A stretch of DNA of 62,788 nt, filler included, from Collodictyon triciliatum (lineage: Eukaryota): assembly GCA_043381765.1 (NCBI GenBank). It is 10 parts of 10 records of this genome, joined end to end, with 100 filler letters (N's around TTAATTAATTAA, not from the genome) between each part and the next. Parts side by side here need not be neighbours in the genome. Positions count along the whole stretch, not along the records: positions 1 to 6,048 come from JBHJMP010004746.1; positions 6,149 to 11,330 come from JBHJMP010004747.1; positions 11,431 to 17,472 come from JBHJMP010004749.1; 7 more parts are not named here. One strand, 5' to 3'. This document shows positions 1 to 14,552 of the stretch, in pieces (position 1 is the first letter of the stretch; each line of letters begins with the position of its first letter). The translations under genes were made by a program, and so were the position numbers. The notes beneath the pieces were generated by a model. It searched no databases and had not been told where the DNA came from. It saw nothing but the letters and a program-made list of their open reading frames with translations.

Positions 1-100
1 AGAAGAAAGAAGAAAGAAGAAAGAAGAAAGAAGAAAGAAGAAAGAAGAAAGAAGAAAGAAGAAAGAAGAAAGAAGAAAGAAGAAAGAAGAAAGAAGAAAG
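1..100 (+). repeat. (AAGAAAG)n microsatellite
   Basis: Perfect 7-mer array at the contig end. Confidence 0.95.
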
Positions 101-153
101 AGATAAGAAGAGAGAGAAAAGAAGAAAAAAAAACGAGACATATATTAGAGTAC

Positions 154-3100
154 CATATCTTCATCCAACCTCGGAAATAATGCCTGCACCAAGTCATGAG
201 CGAGCTGTAAATATGTAGAAATTAATCATCTTCTAGAGTAATTTTATGCAAGCGGATATTTTCTGATGACATAATTTAGAATTTAACTGCATGGTTGATA
301 GACTTCAAATCCATCACATTGGTCGAGCCCCCTAGCTTACTTTTCATGAAAATGAAAGGTTTTCTGTTGCATGTTACAGAGTTATGACAGAAAAAAAATG
401 TTAGAATCTACTAAAATCTCAACAACAGTTGTATTCTGCGTACAGGTAGAAATTGACAGCATCTAAAGCCATTTCTTGGTCAGATGTCAGCCCAAGAAGT
501 TGCATGAAATCTTTATGGCGGTATGTTGTAGGGTTGTTCGATTTTAGACTCCATAAGTAATCCATAAGATTCTAATATCACACACATCAAATTAGAAGTA
601 TGGTTTTTGTTTGTGTAGAACATAGAGGATAATAAATATGCAGATGATGAAGAGAAGAGACCAAATGACGTTTCCAATTAAAGGTAGGAACCATGCATAT
701 ATAACCATATATATATTAATTTTTTCCCCAAAGAATCGATTTAACCTCATCGGCTGCGGTTCTTAAACCATGCTTTCCAAGAAAGTAATCATATACAAAT
801 TCTGGTAGTGCCTGTCTTTGTGAGCTCTTTTTGTCATCTTTAGCGTCTGCCACAAGCTACATTTGTGAAAAGATGATTGCTAATATGAAAGGATTTTCTT
901 TATATTAAAATATTATATTTATAAATAGTTTGTTCGATTTTATCTGTACTTTAGCGTTAAGAATATCTGAGGTCATTTTTATAACGAATTTCATCGACTT
1001 AGCTTGCGGAGTATGCCCTAATTTCGATATAAAGTTTTTCAATAGATAGAAGGAAAATATGAAAACTACCGGGTTGAATATTTTTATACTCCTTAAAAGT
1101 CTACAATCCAAATGCGTATTTAGATATCTATATTCTGACCTGACTGTAAGGTCGTTATGAGAGACTCAAAAGATTTGGGTACAGAGATAAAATGGGAGGG
1201 CGTATTGCGGCGAATATTGGGCGAGTTCTTTGTACATACATTATTTTTTTTAAAAAAAAATATGGCAACCAGATGCAAATAATTATGAATCACATGTTAA
1301 AGTAATGTCAGAATATTTGTGGTTATTATCATTAACCCATTTATAAATCATATTAGTATGCGACCGATGGAAAATAACATGATGCATGGGCGAACGATTT
1401 GCATCTGGAGATTTTTTTTTTGACAGGCTAAGTTTACGCCGAGAACTCTTTCCGCTTGCTTCAGAGGACTCCTTTCGTGGCGGTGTAACATAACCTATAC
1501 CACGAGTATATATAGTGCCAAAACCTCCAAAACTATGACAAAGCTATAATGTGTTTCAAATCCAAGATATCGGTGATGCGGTACAGTATGTTCTTTTGGG
1601 ATGTGCCCAATAACTTACAGGAATATATAACCTCCAGATTATCATCCAGTAAGGATTTCCCGTCATCTGAGTATTTTTAAATGGGGAATACATAATTCTT
1701 TAAAATTCAGTTAATTAAAATGTATGAGAAAGTACTTTATTAAAAAAAATTGCAAGAAGAACCTCGGGTTTGACATGAAGCTTGCGTCGACTCAACGAAC
1801 TATATATTATAAATAGTCACATTGACAATTGGTTATCAAATAACAAGCAATAATATTAGGACTTGTAGGCGAAAGCAAACCTGTTTGACGAAAATACCAT
1901 CACCATTTTTGCGTATGATTATGGATTGATCTTTTGAATTTATGTCTTTGGCAACTATTTCAAGAGCTGTGAAATGAGAGAATGCGTCTAGTTCCTAAAA
2001 TAATTTACAAATATGTTTACATACACTGATTAATGCGAAAGGATATATTGATAATATAAAAGAAATGAAAAACAAAACAAAACAAAACAAAACAAAACAA
2101 AACAAAACAAAACAAAACAAAACAAAACAAAACAAAACAAAACAAACCAAACAGAAAGCAAAGAACAGATTGAAGAATTTTCTCACTTTATTATTCGAAC
2201 CAAATAAACATTATCAACAAAACATATAATTTACTGAAAATCATACAATAGTATCTTCAATGGGTTCGTGAAAATCAGTCATTTTGGTGGTATCAGTCTC
2301 AGCGACGAATTGTTGGAACTCTGTCTGCACTCAAGTAAGGAGTAATAACGGGTTCAGATAAAAATTGATCACCAGATATTTTTTTTTTTATTCTTCCTTT
2401 CAACTTTTGTGCAGGACCGAGGGGGTGATTGATCACCAGATATGGAGAATAAATAACTATGTTAATTCCAGCCTCTCCCAAAAAACAAACCTGTCTCATT
2501 TTTATTGCCATTTGAAATTGATCGTCAAAGTCTTGTAATTGTTTCTATTGGGTGAAATATTAAAATTTTGGGCTAAGTCAATTTTCACAGAATGATATTA
2601 CATATTCCAGCTACATCAATACCTGAATGTGAATTTTGTGCTTTCGCTCCAAGTCATCCACTTCTTTCTGGTGCTTCGCTAAAATTTCTGGAGGAGAAAA
2701 TGTTACAAAAAAGAATAATTATTGATATGTCTAATTATTATTATTATTATTATTTTTTAAAAAAAAACCCTGGGTAGCTTCTTCATTTTTTGAACATTTC
2801 GAACGAAGATCATCCAATTCTTGGTTCATGGAGCTCATTTCAAACATGCGATGTTCCAGAAGATCATGCATGTACCGCATTTGCTTTTGTAGCCTATTAA
2901 TTTACCAACGTCAGAATATTTGGATTAAAGAAAAAAATACGAACCATTACACGGCTATCTTAGAAATTACTCAATTAACTTTACTCCGAGTTATTCACAC
3001 AAAAATTTGAATAATAAGGAACAAAGTGAATTCCATGAAAACTTACGCCAGATTATGCTCATTCAGTGTATCAACAATTTTTTTTGCTTCGTCGTTTTTT

Positions 3101-5262
3101 AAGATATGTTTAATGGCATATGTAAGACGATGATACTTTTTTTCTTTACACATCTATTTATGGAAGGGTTGTACTGTAAATATTTCCAATACCTTGAGCG
3201 GTTTTCTTCTCCATTTCAATAAGGTAATTCAGAATCTAGAATTTTGAGCCAGTTTTGAGTTCTTTTCATTTTCATTTGAAAGATAGCATGATGACTATGA
3301 TAAGATGCCTCAAGATAGAAGAACAGAGGAAACACTTTTGCATGAAAGAATGGATACTTCATTTAGTTTTTCCAGAGAACTCATCCAAATTCGAGCTAGG
3401 AGCCTGCCATGCAAAGAGTTCACTTTTGTTACCTAGTTAATGGTATGATTTTTATTTTTTAAATAGTAAAACCTCAAGATAAGCCTGAAGGAATCTTTGC
3501 TATTTAACATAGTCGATAGAGAGCTTATTTATTAGCAAAATTTAGTGGCCAGTTTTTCAATGATTCAAAAAGCGCAACCTGCTTCAAAACCTCCATGAAA
3601 GCTAAAGAGAGGATATCGATGCAACTATCTTTTCATATAGTTGATGGTCACAATGAATCCGATAAATCACATGAAATTAAATGAGATTGAAGGAATCATC
3701 TAAACATTAGCAGAAAACTATACTTGAAACCATCATACCTGGATCTTCTTGGTGAACTCCAAATTTACCTTCTTCCGTTAGTTTATCCAAACTAACCTCA
3801 TCCCTACTATCTATAAGTCAATAGTAAAAGGTTGACAACTTACAATATACTAATTAAAAGAATATGTAATGGATTATTAAAATCCTTCGAACCTTTTTTC
3901 TTTATAAGATTAGTTGAAGCGTGTAAGTGGTCAGGTTTTGATGTCGGTGAGTTATTTGTTCTTTTTTTAAACATGTCATGCAATTCAGAGGAGAGGTTGC
4001 TGACATGATCGTCGTCCTATGTGGAAATTAGTGTTGAATGGGATTTCGACTACTATATAAACCATTTGCACATATGATTGAATAAATATTCTCTTACCAG
4101 TCTTAAGGGAATGAAATCTTTGCGAAACTTTTTGAATGATGATTTTTCGTACTTCCATTTCTTCACGTGCTTTGTTGTGCAACATGGATTTTATTTTATT
4201 CAAAGTAAAGATTTTTTCCAACTTTATCTATTAAATTTACCTCAATAATTAAAGGGTCAAAATTAAGCAACTGATTTATCCAGGACTCAATAGACTCAGC
4301 CTCTCGTTTGTTAAGTGAGCGAATTTGGGTTTGAATTGGTGATTCCATCCTAACAGGCTCTTCTATAAGTGAAATAGAACATATGAGAATATGCATATAT
4401 AACCCATTTTGCGACATGTACTACCTTTCGTTATTTGATCGAATCTTATGTGATCTGGTGCGGCAGTCACTCCGTATTCATAATTGAACAGAGAACTGGC
4501 AGACGAAAAGTCTCTATCTTTATGAGATATCCAACCCAACTAATCGTGTTCGACAAAAAAGAAAAAAGAGCAAAAACAAAACAAAACAAATTATTACCAT
4601 AGTTAATAGCTAAAATAATACCAGGTGCGATACTTACCATATCTTACGAGGTAAATGATTAAATCTGAGAAAAATTAGCAAAGTCTATATTGAATAATTC
4701 AGCTGTATTAGGGACCATATAGATATACAACGCATTTGGAATCCTACAGAAGACTTGGAGCCCATACTTGCTGTTAGAGGCCTGGATCCACAAGAATTTG
4801 TGTCTAAAATCAAAACAAATGAATCACTGCCAGGTAAAATAAAAGGAATTGAATATAAAATAGGTTTACAATTATGCATGATGAAAATGGAATTGAACCA
4901 TTTGATTGAAGAATGTTGATATATTCAGAAGTGATTGAAGCGCTTCTTATTGGATCGATGTATCCGATGGACATATAGTCTGGCGGTATATATTCAGACG
5001 TGGATTTCGGATGGGGCCGTGTAGCTTGAGAGCTCGACCTCAACGCCGGGGATGAGGCTCTGCTCGGGGGTGGATTCTTTAAAGGGGTACTACTGGAATC
5101 TCCTGATGTAACAGACTCGTCTGACTGGGCCATACCCGCTACGCGATTGTGTCACAATAGTAGAATTAAAAAAGTTAAGAAAAATAAAGGGGGACAAATA
5201 CAACGGCACTATATCCTTATGATTAACCTGACTTTGATTGATAAAAATATTCGCTACTAAAT

Positions 5263-5359
<97 letters not shown>

Positions 5360-5902
5360 TAATAATAATAAAAATGCCGGTTGAAGGTAAAGCTGCTTTC
5401 AAATGAGATATCGGTCATTTCATCGATCATACCATTCATCTTATTCGTTTTGGCAGGTGGCGGGAGCCTCCCCGGGCGTATGTTTTGTGCATAGCGGACA
5501 TATCCAACAATCGGAGTAGATTTACGAGCGGCTGATTTGTTGGATGTTGCTGATTGTGTCTGTGCAACAGCTGCAGTAGCAGCACCAACAGTGGATAGCG
5601 ACGATGACGACGACGAAGAAGCAGCAGCAGCCAAAGGTAGCGGAGAGGCAACTGCAGGCGGCGCTTGTGGGGAGGAAGTGATGATTGAAATAGAAGAGCC
5701 CAGGAGCGAAGACGCCCGAGGCAAGACAGGCGCGTGATGTGTGCTTGCGGATGTGTTTGGATCCACGTGGAGCGCAGACGAAAGCGGAGACGAAGCGGAA
5801 GGAAGCGGAGAGCACATGCGATTGCAAATGACGACGGAGAAGGAGGCGTTACTTGCGACGTTGTTGGAGCCGAAGCCCATGGTCTCGTCGACAGGAGAGT
5901 GC
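154..5902 (-). CDS. Multi-exon coiled-coil protein, partial at both ends, with axonemal dynein light chain-like and TSNAXIP1-like motifs
   Basis: GT-AG spliced exons. The Ser/Ala-rich exon 5433-5902 splices in frame (AAT G|gtatga...cgtag|CG GGT ATG) onto the 5133 ORF. Motifs: LAFMEVLKQ|VTKVNSLHGRLLARIW and LVADAKDDKKSSQRQALPEFVYDYFLGKHGLRTAADE|NLMDYLWSL. Some internal junctions are unresolved. Confidence 0.6.
5264..5370 (+). repeat. (AAT)n microsatellite, intronic (similar arrays at about 14454-14548, 39264-39367 and 43228-43325)
   Basis: Perfect trinucleotide arrays. Confidence 0.95.
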
Positions 5903-6048
5903 CTGCATGAGAGGGTCTTTTCTTTTCTTTTCTTTTCTTTTCTTTTCTTTCCTTTTCTTTTCTTTTCTTTTCTTTTCTTTTCTTTTCTTTTCTTTTCTTT
6001 TCTTTTCTTTTCTTTTCTTTTCTTTTCTTTTCTTTTCTTTTCTTTTCT

Positions 6049-6148
6049 NNNNNNNNNNNNNNNNNNNNNNNNNNNNNNNNNNNNNNNNNNNNTTAATTAA
6101 TTAANNNNNNNNNNNNNNNNNNNNNNNNNNNNNNNNNNNNNNNNNNNN
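6049..6148. other. Artificial contig linker N44-TTAATTAATTAA-N44 (also 11331-11430, 17473-17572, 23613-23712, 29775-29874, 35912-36011, 44392-44491, 50528-50627, 56656-56755)
   Basis: An identical 100-bp spacer with six-frame stops occurs nine times. Confidence 0.98.
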
Positions 6149-6427
6149 TTTTTTTTGTTTTTTTGTTTTTTGTTTTTTTTTTTTTTTTTTGTTTTTTGTT
6201 TTTTGTTTTTTGTTTTTTGTTTTTTGTTTTTTTTGTTTTTTGTTTTGTTTTTGTTTTTGTTTTTATTTTTGTTTTTGTTTTTGTTTTTGTTTTTGTTTTT
6301 TGTTTTTTTGTTTTTTATTATTTATTTTATTTCGTGGTTAGTGCCAGATTTTCTCGCTTCTGTCGACTCGTTTGGTTGCGACGTCTTCACTTGCTGTTTT
6401 CTTAGCTCCGTATCAGTTAAGCGACGG

Positions 6428-7061
6428 CTACTCTTTTACGGCCCAGTCAGGTAAAGACCCAACTTCGATACCGTAGATTGCATTTCCCATCGAATACATC
6501 ATCGCCGAAATCATGAACACGCCCAGGATGTTGAGAGGAAGTCCCGTCCACGCCATGGCCTTAACACTAATCAGACCTACAAAACGAATGAGCTCATTTC
6601 AATACAACAATGAAGATTCGCGAGCCTTATATGATGTGTGAGTTTAAAAGAGCTGGCTTGTAAACATCTCTCTAAATTCCTCGGCTGAAAGAGCCTCTCA
6701 ATAACTTCATAGGAGTGTATAGGGAAAGTAAGCGATTTGATTTTGTAACAAAAGGAGGAGATGACTCGCAGACCTGTAGAATACGCAACGCCATTAGGCC
6801 CAGTTGCGACCGGAAACATGAATGCATACGATGCTGCTATTGTGGTTGGGACCATTAAGAAGCGCGGGTCGATTTCTGGTAGGCAGAATGAGAGTTCAGC
6901 AACCCGGCATCGAAGAGTAAAAAAAAGTGAAATAAAATGAAAAATAGAGAAAATGGTATTTAAATTGCACTGACATGGAATTAATGAAAGAAAATCACAT
7001 ATTGGTGCCTGATGCAAAGGGCATGTAAAAACTGTGAGAAAGGTCTTAGATTCAAGAAAAT

Positions 7062-7141
<80 letters not shown>

Positions 7142-9804
7142 ATTCCGATGCACATCTGCCCAACAATCGGAAGGAAGAGGGCTGATGCTGCTGTGTTTGA
7201 GGTGAACTCGGTCAGAACAGCCATGGATAGTGTGACAAAGAACAAAATCCAGAAGGGAGGGAGGCTTTCTAGTCCTTCCAAATATCCTCCGATGATTTCG
7301 GAAAGCCTATTAATACAATAACAAATTTCATGGTCTTTACAAGGGTACATCTGTAGACAACGGACGATATGGAAACAAAGATGCAACAGTCAATAATGAA
7401 TTTCATACCCAGAGTCCTCGAAGCCGCGGGACAGAGCAAACCCACCCCCCAAGATGATATAGATGTCCCACGGAAGCGCTTTCAGCTCTTCGAGTCCGAG
7501 AATGGATTGGTCAGAGTTAGGAGTATCCGGAAGAAGGAAAAGTATCGATGCAGAAAAAACCTATAAAATCGAAGGGCATGTCTAAGTAATGTCTTTAAAA
7601 TATTATGAAACTAAATACCTAAAGAACATAAAATTGATCCAAAGAAATTTTGAATTGTAAGTTGGCATCATATTTGACTTACAACAATTGTCGAGTCGGT
7701 GATGTAATCTGTCCATGACCAGCCCTCCATAAAGTCAGGCTCACGAAAGAACCACAAGGCCACGTTGAGGACAAAGACGGCCAAAATCTCTTTCTCTGCG
7801 AAACCCAAAGGCCCCATTTTCGTCAACTGTTCCAAAAAAAAATAAGGAGATATTTAAGTCAATACCGCGATAACCGCGCTTCAATTTCGTGTCTGAGTGC
7901 TGGCAGACCTGATTACGTGGTGATTTTTTGTATGCATAAGGCATATCACATATTTGAATAGGGCTTGTGAATGTGACAAAGCAAATGAATCAGCCAAATT
8001 CAACCTGCTGTCGAACGATGTCCATTTCGAGCTTGGGTATGCTTTTACGGTGAGGCCAGATGTAAATGCGAACAAGATATATCCACAAGAAACCGTTGAA
8101 TATCAAGGCTAACGGCAAAGCAAAAGAGGACCAAAGCATAAAAGAAATCTGTTGACATCGAATGGCTCAATATTCCGGTTCATGATAACTCTTTAAAATT
8201 ACAGGAAATTGAAATGCATTCATATCGACTAGCTGCTATAAAATAAGAGTTTTTTTAAAGGTAGAAAACGCAATTTGATGAAAATATTATGAACCTCTGG
8301 TGAGTCTGGGAAAAGAGTCTCCAACTGGCCTGTAAACAACAGCTGTGGTGCCTTCATGTCATTTTTTTATGTAAACGAATAAAAAATATTTGCATTAGCA
8401 TGAAATGTTAAACATTGAAAATATAGATATTTCAAAATTGATTCATAAAACTATGACATTAAGGATATGCGGATTACAGTTCCAGTGAGAGTTGCCGTCC
8501 CTCCAATAGAAGTAGCATATGTTACAGCAAAAATGAGACCTGTAGCAAAAGACCTCATCGCTTCTATTTCATCATAAGATGTGCATATGGTCGCCATTCG
8601 GTCGATGATTGCCAACGCCATCGGCATCTTTGAGTGATAAAAGTAATAAATTTATGGGAAAAAAAAACACTTTGCAAAACATTGTATTTCAACAAGAATG
8701 GTTTTCTGTAATGCCTCGACGACTTCTATAGGATGATAATACATGGATGATGAATGTACTGATGGATTATGAAGATGAAACCATGATAAGGGCTGTCGAT
8801 GTATTTGCAATCCACATGGACACAAACATGGAAGCGATGATGAAGGCCAACATCACAAAATGTGGTGATGACCCAATTAGCGTAATGATAGTCAAAGCAA
8901 ATCGCTTGTGTAAGTCAAACTTTTCGATTGCCAAAGCCATCAAACCTGCCGTAATTTGAGTGAAATAAAATTATGACACTATTGAATTCGAGAAATAACA
9001 TAATTATTGACAATATTAACACTGGTAGAGTATTTGTACTAATTTATATTTCGGTATATCAAGAATTGTTGGTCGAGGTACCTGACCCGATAAAAACAAA
9101 GGATGAGTCTGTGAAGTAAGATGCACAGATATCATCTCCACTCACAATTTCAAAGAGTGGGTAAAAGAATATTGGAAACAGTGATGTAACAGGGAGAGGC
9201 AAGCATTCGGTTAACCTAAAAATAATATACAAGACTTTGAGAGACAAGAGCGAGCTATGATTGCCTTATTCTGCTAGTCAAAAATAGGAAAAAGGGAAAA
9301 AAGGAAAAGAAATCAAAGTATCCAAAAAAAATAGTAATAAAATAGAGAAAGACCAAAGAACAGCCATTATGAGAGTCATTCCGCTCATCTGCCACGCCTT
9401 TGCGTCCTCACTTCCTGCGCTCAAAATAAAAAACGGAAGAGATGCCAGAATACTTCCTATGATAATCATCGTCTGCATCCTTCGTGTGAAATGCACCTTC
9501 TCAGCGAATATCTGTAATGTATTTGATACTCAGCACCCTTGGGAGGTACGTAATGTATGATCGTCTTGAAAAGGAGATTCATATTATGCGATATATAAGA
9601 ACAAAGCCTGTGAGCAAGGTACATATTGATCGCTTGACAGCAAAAGAGAAGGGGAAAATCGCGTTCAAGGCGCACCGAGGTTTTTTCTGCTTTAGACGCT
9701 CTCTTCTCAGGGTGAACCGAACCATCCAGTGCGGTGTATGGAACCAGCGGGCTCCTGTCATTGGGTGACTCCATTGCTGGCTGAATCCCGACTGCTAGCG
9801 ACAT
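6428..9804 (-). CDS. SLC13/DASS family Na+-dicarboxylate/sulfate symporter
   Basis: Spliced exons give MAVLWLTECLPLPVTSLFP, SMWIANTSTALIMMPMALAI, SIGGTATLTGT, LTEFTSNTAASALFLPI and AASYAFMFPVATGPNGVAY. TAG stop at 6428-6430. Start ATG at 9804 or 9774. Confidence 0.92.
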
Positions 9805-11710
9805 TATTGCCCGCGAGTTCTGTTGGGTCGGTTCTAGACCACAGGTGGTTAGTTCACCGCAGGTTTCAAGTGATCGTCCTTGGCTCCAAGCATATGAAGT
9901 CGACGGAGTCACTCGGGAGAGAAGGTTGGCATGGTATTAGAGAGGCATGTGATGGCGTACAAGGGTTTTGTGTCGCTTCAGGTTGGTTAAACGTGGGATG
10001 GGAATTAGACTGGCTTGCTGGCTCATATAATGACTAATATTTTATTGTTGAATGTTTCTAGAACAGAAAATGCAACTTTTGACACAAAGTACGGTATTTT
10101 TTGGGCTTTACCGGCTTACATTGGCCGCACTTTGTGTGGCGCATAAAGTTTGTTGTTGGGGTGGGTATATCTCGTGGTGCGAATGAAGGGCGCGAAACCC
10201 TCAAGCTGGAGCAAATCGCTATTATTCTTAGTCCAGGAAAACAGGAGAAAAAAAAGAGTGAGAGGACAAGGTGTTGGGCCAATTGCCCGCCATTCTTGCG
10301 AAATCTGGTGTCCCCTTTATGAACACGAACGCCAGTCTCACGGTGGTTGTCAGGAATGCGGCAATCGTTTCTGGCATTAAAGGGTGCATGGATGTATTCA
10401 TGGAGTGGTCATCTCTCCTTATCTCCAGTATTTTTTTAACTTGCCGAGAATATAATCATCCAGTAATTTGTCACAAAAGAGACGCTCTGTCAATGTCTGC
10501 CACTAGATGAATTCCCAGGCGTCTCTCATTCTATTTTGTGAAGTCCCATGAATTTTGACACTCTTTGCTTGAGGCATAAATACCTGTCTGTACTGAGTAG
10601 ATATTCTTTTTTTTATTTCGTGATGCAAATATGACCACCAATCGCTCATCGACCCGGCCTTACACAATGAACGCACAAATTAATAACATTAGTGAAATGA
10701 AAGGTTTGTAACTGTCCATTCGGTTATTTTGTTTTTGCAGGGTTGATTAATTCTTGGTATCTGGTTGGCTCTCTGGAGGAATAATCACTTACATGGGTTT
10801 ACTCATACACCCAGCATCCAGTTGGCACTGATAATTTTGGTGCGCAAGAACGATGAAGAACATGTGGAATTCAGCCGGAAAAAAAAAAGTACAACAGTCT
10901 TGTAAATCAGAAGCAAATAGGAAAAATATGGTCTCTATTGGGGGATGTCTGTTCATGGGCTGTTGGGGGAAAAAGACAACTAAAGACTGGATATGATCGA
11001 GTCATCCCTGTCTTGGATGCAGATACTTTTTCCTAGAGAAAATGTGTTCAGTTTTCTTTTGTTCTATGTTTTGGACTTTTTTGTAATTTCTGGTTCGTTA
11101 CACATGCTTTTTTTTTCCCTTTCTTTGGTTCAAAGTGGTTTTGTTGCACATGCCAGAATTTTGAAGCAACTTTCATTGAAGTCTTGAGCTTTGATGACAC
11201 GATGATTGCTAAATCCTTTAAACAAGCTGTTCTTAAAATAATCTAATCTGGAGAACAGCGAAAATTACTTGTTCGCCACCACCACCCCCCCCCCCCCCCC
11301 TTCCTTTTTTTTTTTTTTTTTTTTTTTTTTNNNNNNNNNNNNNNNNNNNNNNNNNNNNNNNNNNNNNNNNNNNNTTAATTAATTAANNNNNNNNNNNNNN
11401 NNNNNNNNNNNNNNNNNNNNNNNNNNNNNNTAATAGTAATAGTAATAGTAATAGTAATAGTAATAGTAATAGTAATAGTAATAGTAATAGTAATAGTAAT
11501 AGTAATAGTAATAGTAATAGTAATTGTAACAGCAATATGTAAATACACTCAAAAAATAGGAAACAAGAGATAACAGTAAAGGATAACAACAAATTTGCCT
11601 CCTAGAATAACTATTTCAGTTATTTTAAACGAATAAGCCAAGCGGCAGCCAGTTTTTTCCCTTTATTTTATTGTGGCTCCAACCTGATGTACAAATAATA
11701 TTTACCCTAG

Positions 11711-12094
11711 GGAGTACGACCAAATGAATGGATATGGTGTCATGCAATGGTACATCAAAGAAACAGACAGTTACGATACCTATGAAGGTCGGTTTATTGC
11801 AATTATATACCTCACTGATGAGCTAAGTCAATATTTGGAAAAGGACATATACATAAAGCGACAAATCGAGCTAGTTAGAGCACGAAAGGGACATACTATT
11901 CAAAGAAACGAATTAGTCCATCTGCAGTTTTTAACCTAGGTGTCAACCAAATAGGTACCTGGAAGGATGGGATGCGGCATGGAAAAGGGAAGCAAACTCA
12001 GCCAAACGGCATGATTTTTGAGGGAGAATGGGCATCTGACAACCCTGCAAGAGGGTTTTACATAGCCCCGTCAAAGGATAAGTTTGAGTATTGA
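11711..12094 (+). CDS. 3' end (last two exons) of a MORN-repeat protein
   Basis: EYDQMNGYGVMQW...DTYEG|TWKDGMRHGKGKQTQPNGMIFEGEWASD...EY-TGA. The 5' part lies off the contig. Confidence 0.85.
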
Positions 12095-12834
12095 GGATAT
12101 TCGCCTCTTTCTATTTCACATCTGATAGGTTTTCAGCACGAACGTGCTATTCCCTAATCTTGACATCTTCAATTGTGTTCCACCACAACCGGGGAACAAT
12201 CTCCAAAGAAATAAAAAAGATGTATATACTCAAATATCCTCGCTTCGATATTGGCTGCAACTCCACTAGATTATGCCAATGGGAAAACTTGTAGCTGTGA
12301 AACTGCAAGTTTAATCTGACCATTTCCCAACTATTTTGCAGTTACCAATTATATAAAAGGAATAGAAACGAAACCGCTTATTCGCAACACATTCATGACA
12401 TTTTGGAAAACAATTGTTCCTATAAAGTTGCCATCTACGTATTTGCTATAATATCAAAGGTTCGTATTCTTTGGAGGAGTTGTATTCTTTTATCTTGGAC
12501 AACAGCAAGATTACGTTGAGAAACCAAACCAGCGTCTAACATTAAGAAACAATTTGTTTGGATGTTGATAATAGGAAATCGACCAGTTCATTTGTAAACC
12601 TCGAGACATGAAGACGTCCCAGTCTCCCTTGTATCGGTCGATTCATTTTATTTCGTTTGTGTAATTATTTTTTTAAAAATGTTTTGAAGAAAACACACAC
12701 GCATACAAAATAATAATGAAAAAGTTACACCATCGTCTCAATCCGTCTCCCATCAAGATATTATTTATCGAGGGTGACTGCAAACTACGCAGCGAAGCGG
12801 CCGGAGGGAGACCTATTGGCGGAATCAAGGGGAC

Positions 12835-14453
12835 TCAGTCCCGGCGTTGGCAGAGGGCCAATTCTACGGGAGTCGTAGCAACGCTCCCACATCTGCACAA
12901 ACGCCTCTGTAGATTTCTCTATAGTCGATGGACGATAGCCGAATATCTTCACATCTCTGATAATGACATTACGAAAAATGTAAGTGATAATTCATATAGC
13001 ATCTGTAGTCTTCAAATAAGTCGGCGCTGGGTTTGGGGTCATAATAGATGTATGTGTTTTTCTTCGAATTGAAGTGAAGTGTAATTACTGCAATAGGTCA
13101 TTTAATAGTCCAATATGTCCAAGCCCTGCATGGTCAAAGTCTGAACCGACTTTCGTATCTGTTCCGTAAATAAAAAGGTGAGATATCACAAAGCAAAAAT
13201 CAAAAAAAAATAATCCTTTTATTCAAAATGAAAGTTGTCATCTTGATAAATACCAGGAATAGTTCAGAATCGTTATTCGTGGATAAAATAGAGTTCAAAA
13301 CTGCCTCATCATGGATAAACATAAAAAAAATCTCACCAGGATTTTGCAAGAGTTGCTGATTCTCAGTTTTCTCTTTGTCCCCACTTGCACCACAAGACTC
13401 ATTTCGATTCCCAAAGCGTGGTCGAACTTGTTGAATGAAACCATTCAAATCACTTGCAAATGCAATCGTAATGTTGAGGCCACGCTCTCCATACTCCAAT
13501 GCCTGTGCAAACGATTTTGAGGACCCATCGCAGTCGTTGGGCACGATACTGTTTGGATACTGTTTTGTCTCTAATGCACCCGTTCTCAAACCAAAGACAC
13601 CGCCTGTCTGTCGGATGGCCTTGATAACCCAGTCAGGCGATGTCTTTTCCTCACCTGATTTTTTGTCGGTCATGATGGATCTCAAATGGCCATGAGAGAC
13701 GAATAGTGGGTAATAATTCCGTTGCTAAAAAAAGGAAAAAGAAAAAAAGAAAAAAAAAAGGAACTCTCAGCGTATCACCACCAAAAAAGTGACATGTTAA
13801 ATCGTTAAGACGAAATCGAAAGAATGTTATCTACTGCTGCACAATTTCTTTCGGTGATGTGTATCTTACGATGGAAATATCAAAAACATCCTCTACTCCC
13901 CTTTCAGAAATGTGCGCAATGTCAATAAGCATATTCTTATCCATCATGATTGACATCAACAATTTTCCGTCATCAGTCATCCCTTTCATATTTCTTCCTT
14001 GCTCATCAAGTTCAAAGGGTCCCTCTGGACGTAGAGCCTAACAAAATTCGTTCACATCGAACAAACACATTCGTGACATACATTCATAATTAACATATGG
14101 TACTATAGAGGGATAATACTTGTCAATCTTACAGTTTAAAACAAGCTAGCAAGAGTAGTAAAATCTCACTTGAAATGCCTTAAACATCGGGTTATGAATG
14201 GCTGGTCCTCCAAAGCGATTGTTTAACTGATGTATGGGCATTATCGAGCGCACACCCATGTCATAGTATTTCTGAAGTTGAACTTCCCATGGAGTCCCAT
14301 CCTTAGTGGGGTATTGAAAGAAATTTAAAAGCAGGCGACAGAATAAAAATTCATATTTTGTTTAGTTGACTAATTTTGAGCAACGAGAGAAGAAAGAAGG
14401 AATGACCAAACCCTCATAAACTTTCTTACTCAAATTTCGTCAAGTGGACTTCC

Positions 14454-14552
<99 letters not shown>

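Noticed and set aside
3472-3523. Apparent in-frame TAG (LSIDYVK*QRFLQAYLE) suggesting stop-codon reassignment
   Set aside because: A cleaner splice (EVLKQ|VTKVNSLHGRLL) places it in an intron. TAA, TAG and TGA all terminate conserved genes here (AATF, VTI1, TMEM144).
4630-4640. ATACTTACC as a U1 snRNA 5' end
   Set aside because: It is the reverse complement of a GTAAGTAT splice-donor-like site, and no U1 body follows.
6093-6104. Regularly spaced TTAATTAATTAA palindrome as a biological repeat or CRISPR-like array
   Set aside because: Always embedded in N44 padding; it is a six-frame-stop assembly linker.
10270-10380. Minus-strand VFIKGTPDF resembling a monothiol glutaredoxin
   Set aside because: No CGFS and no correctly spaced WPT motif. 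No gene model could be built for 10050-11280.
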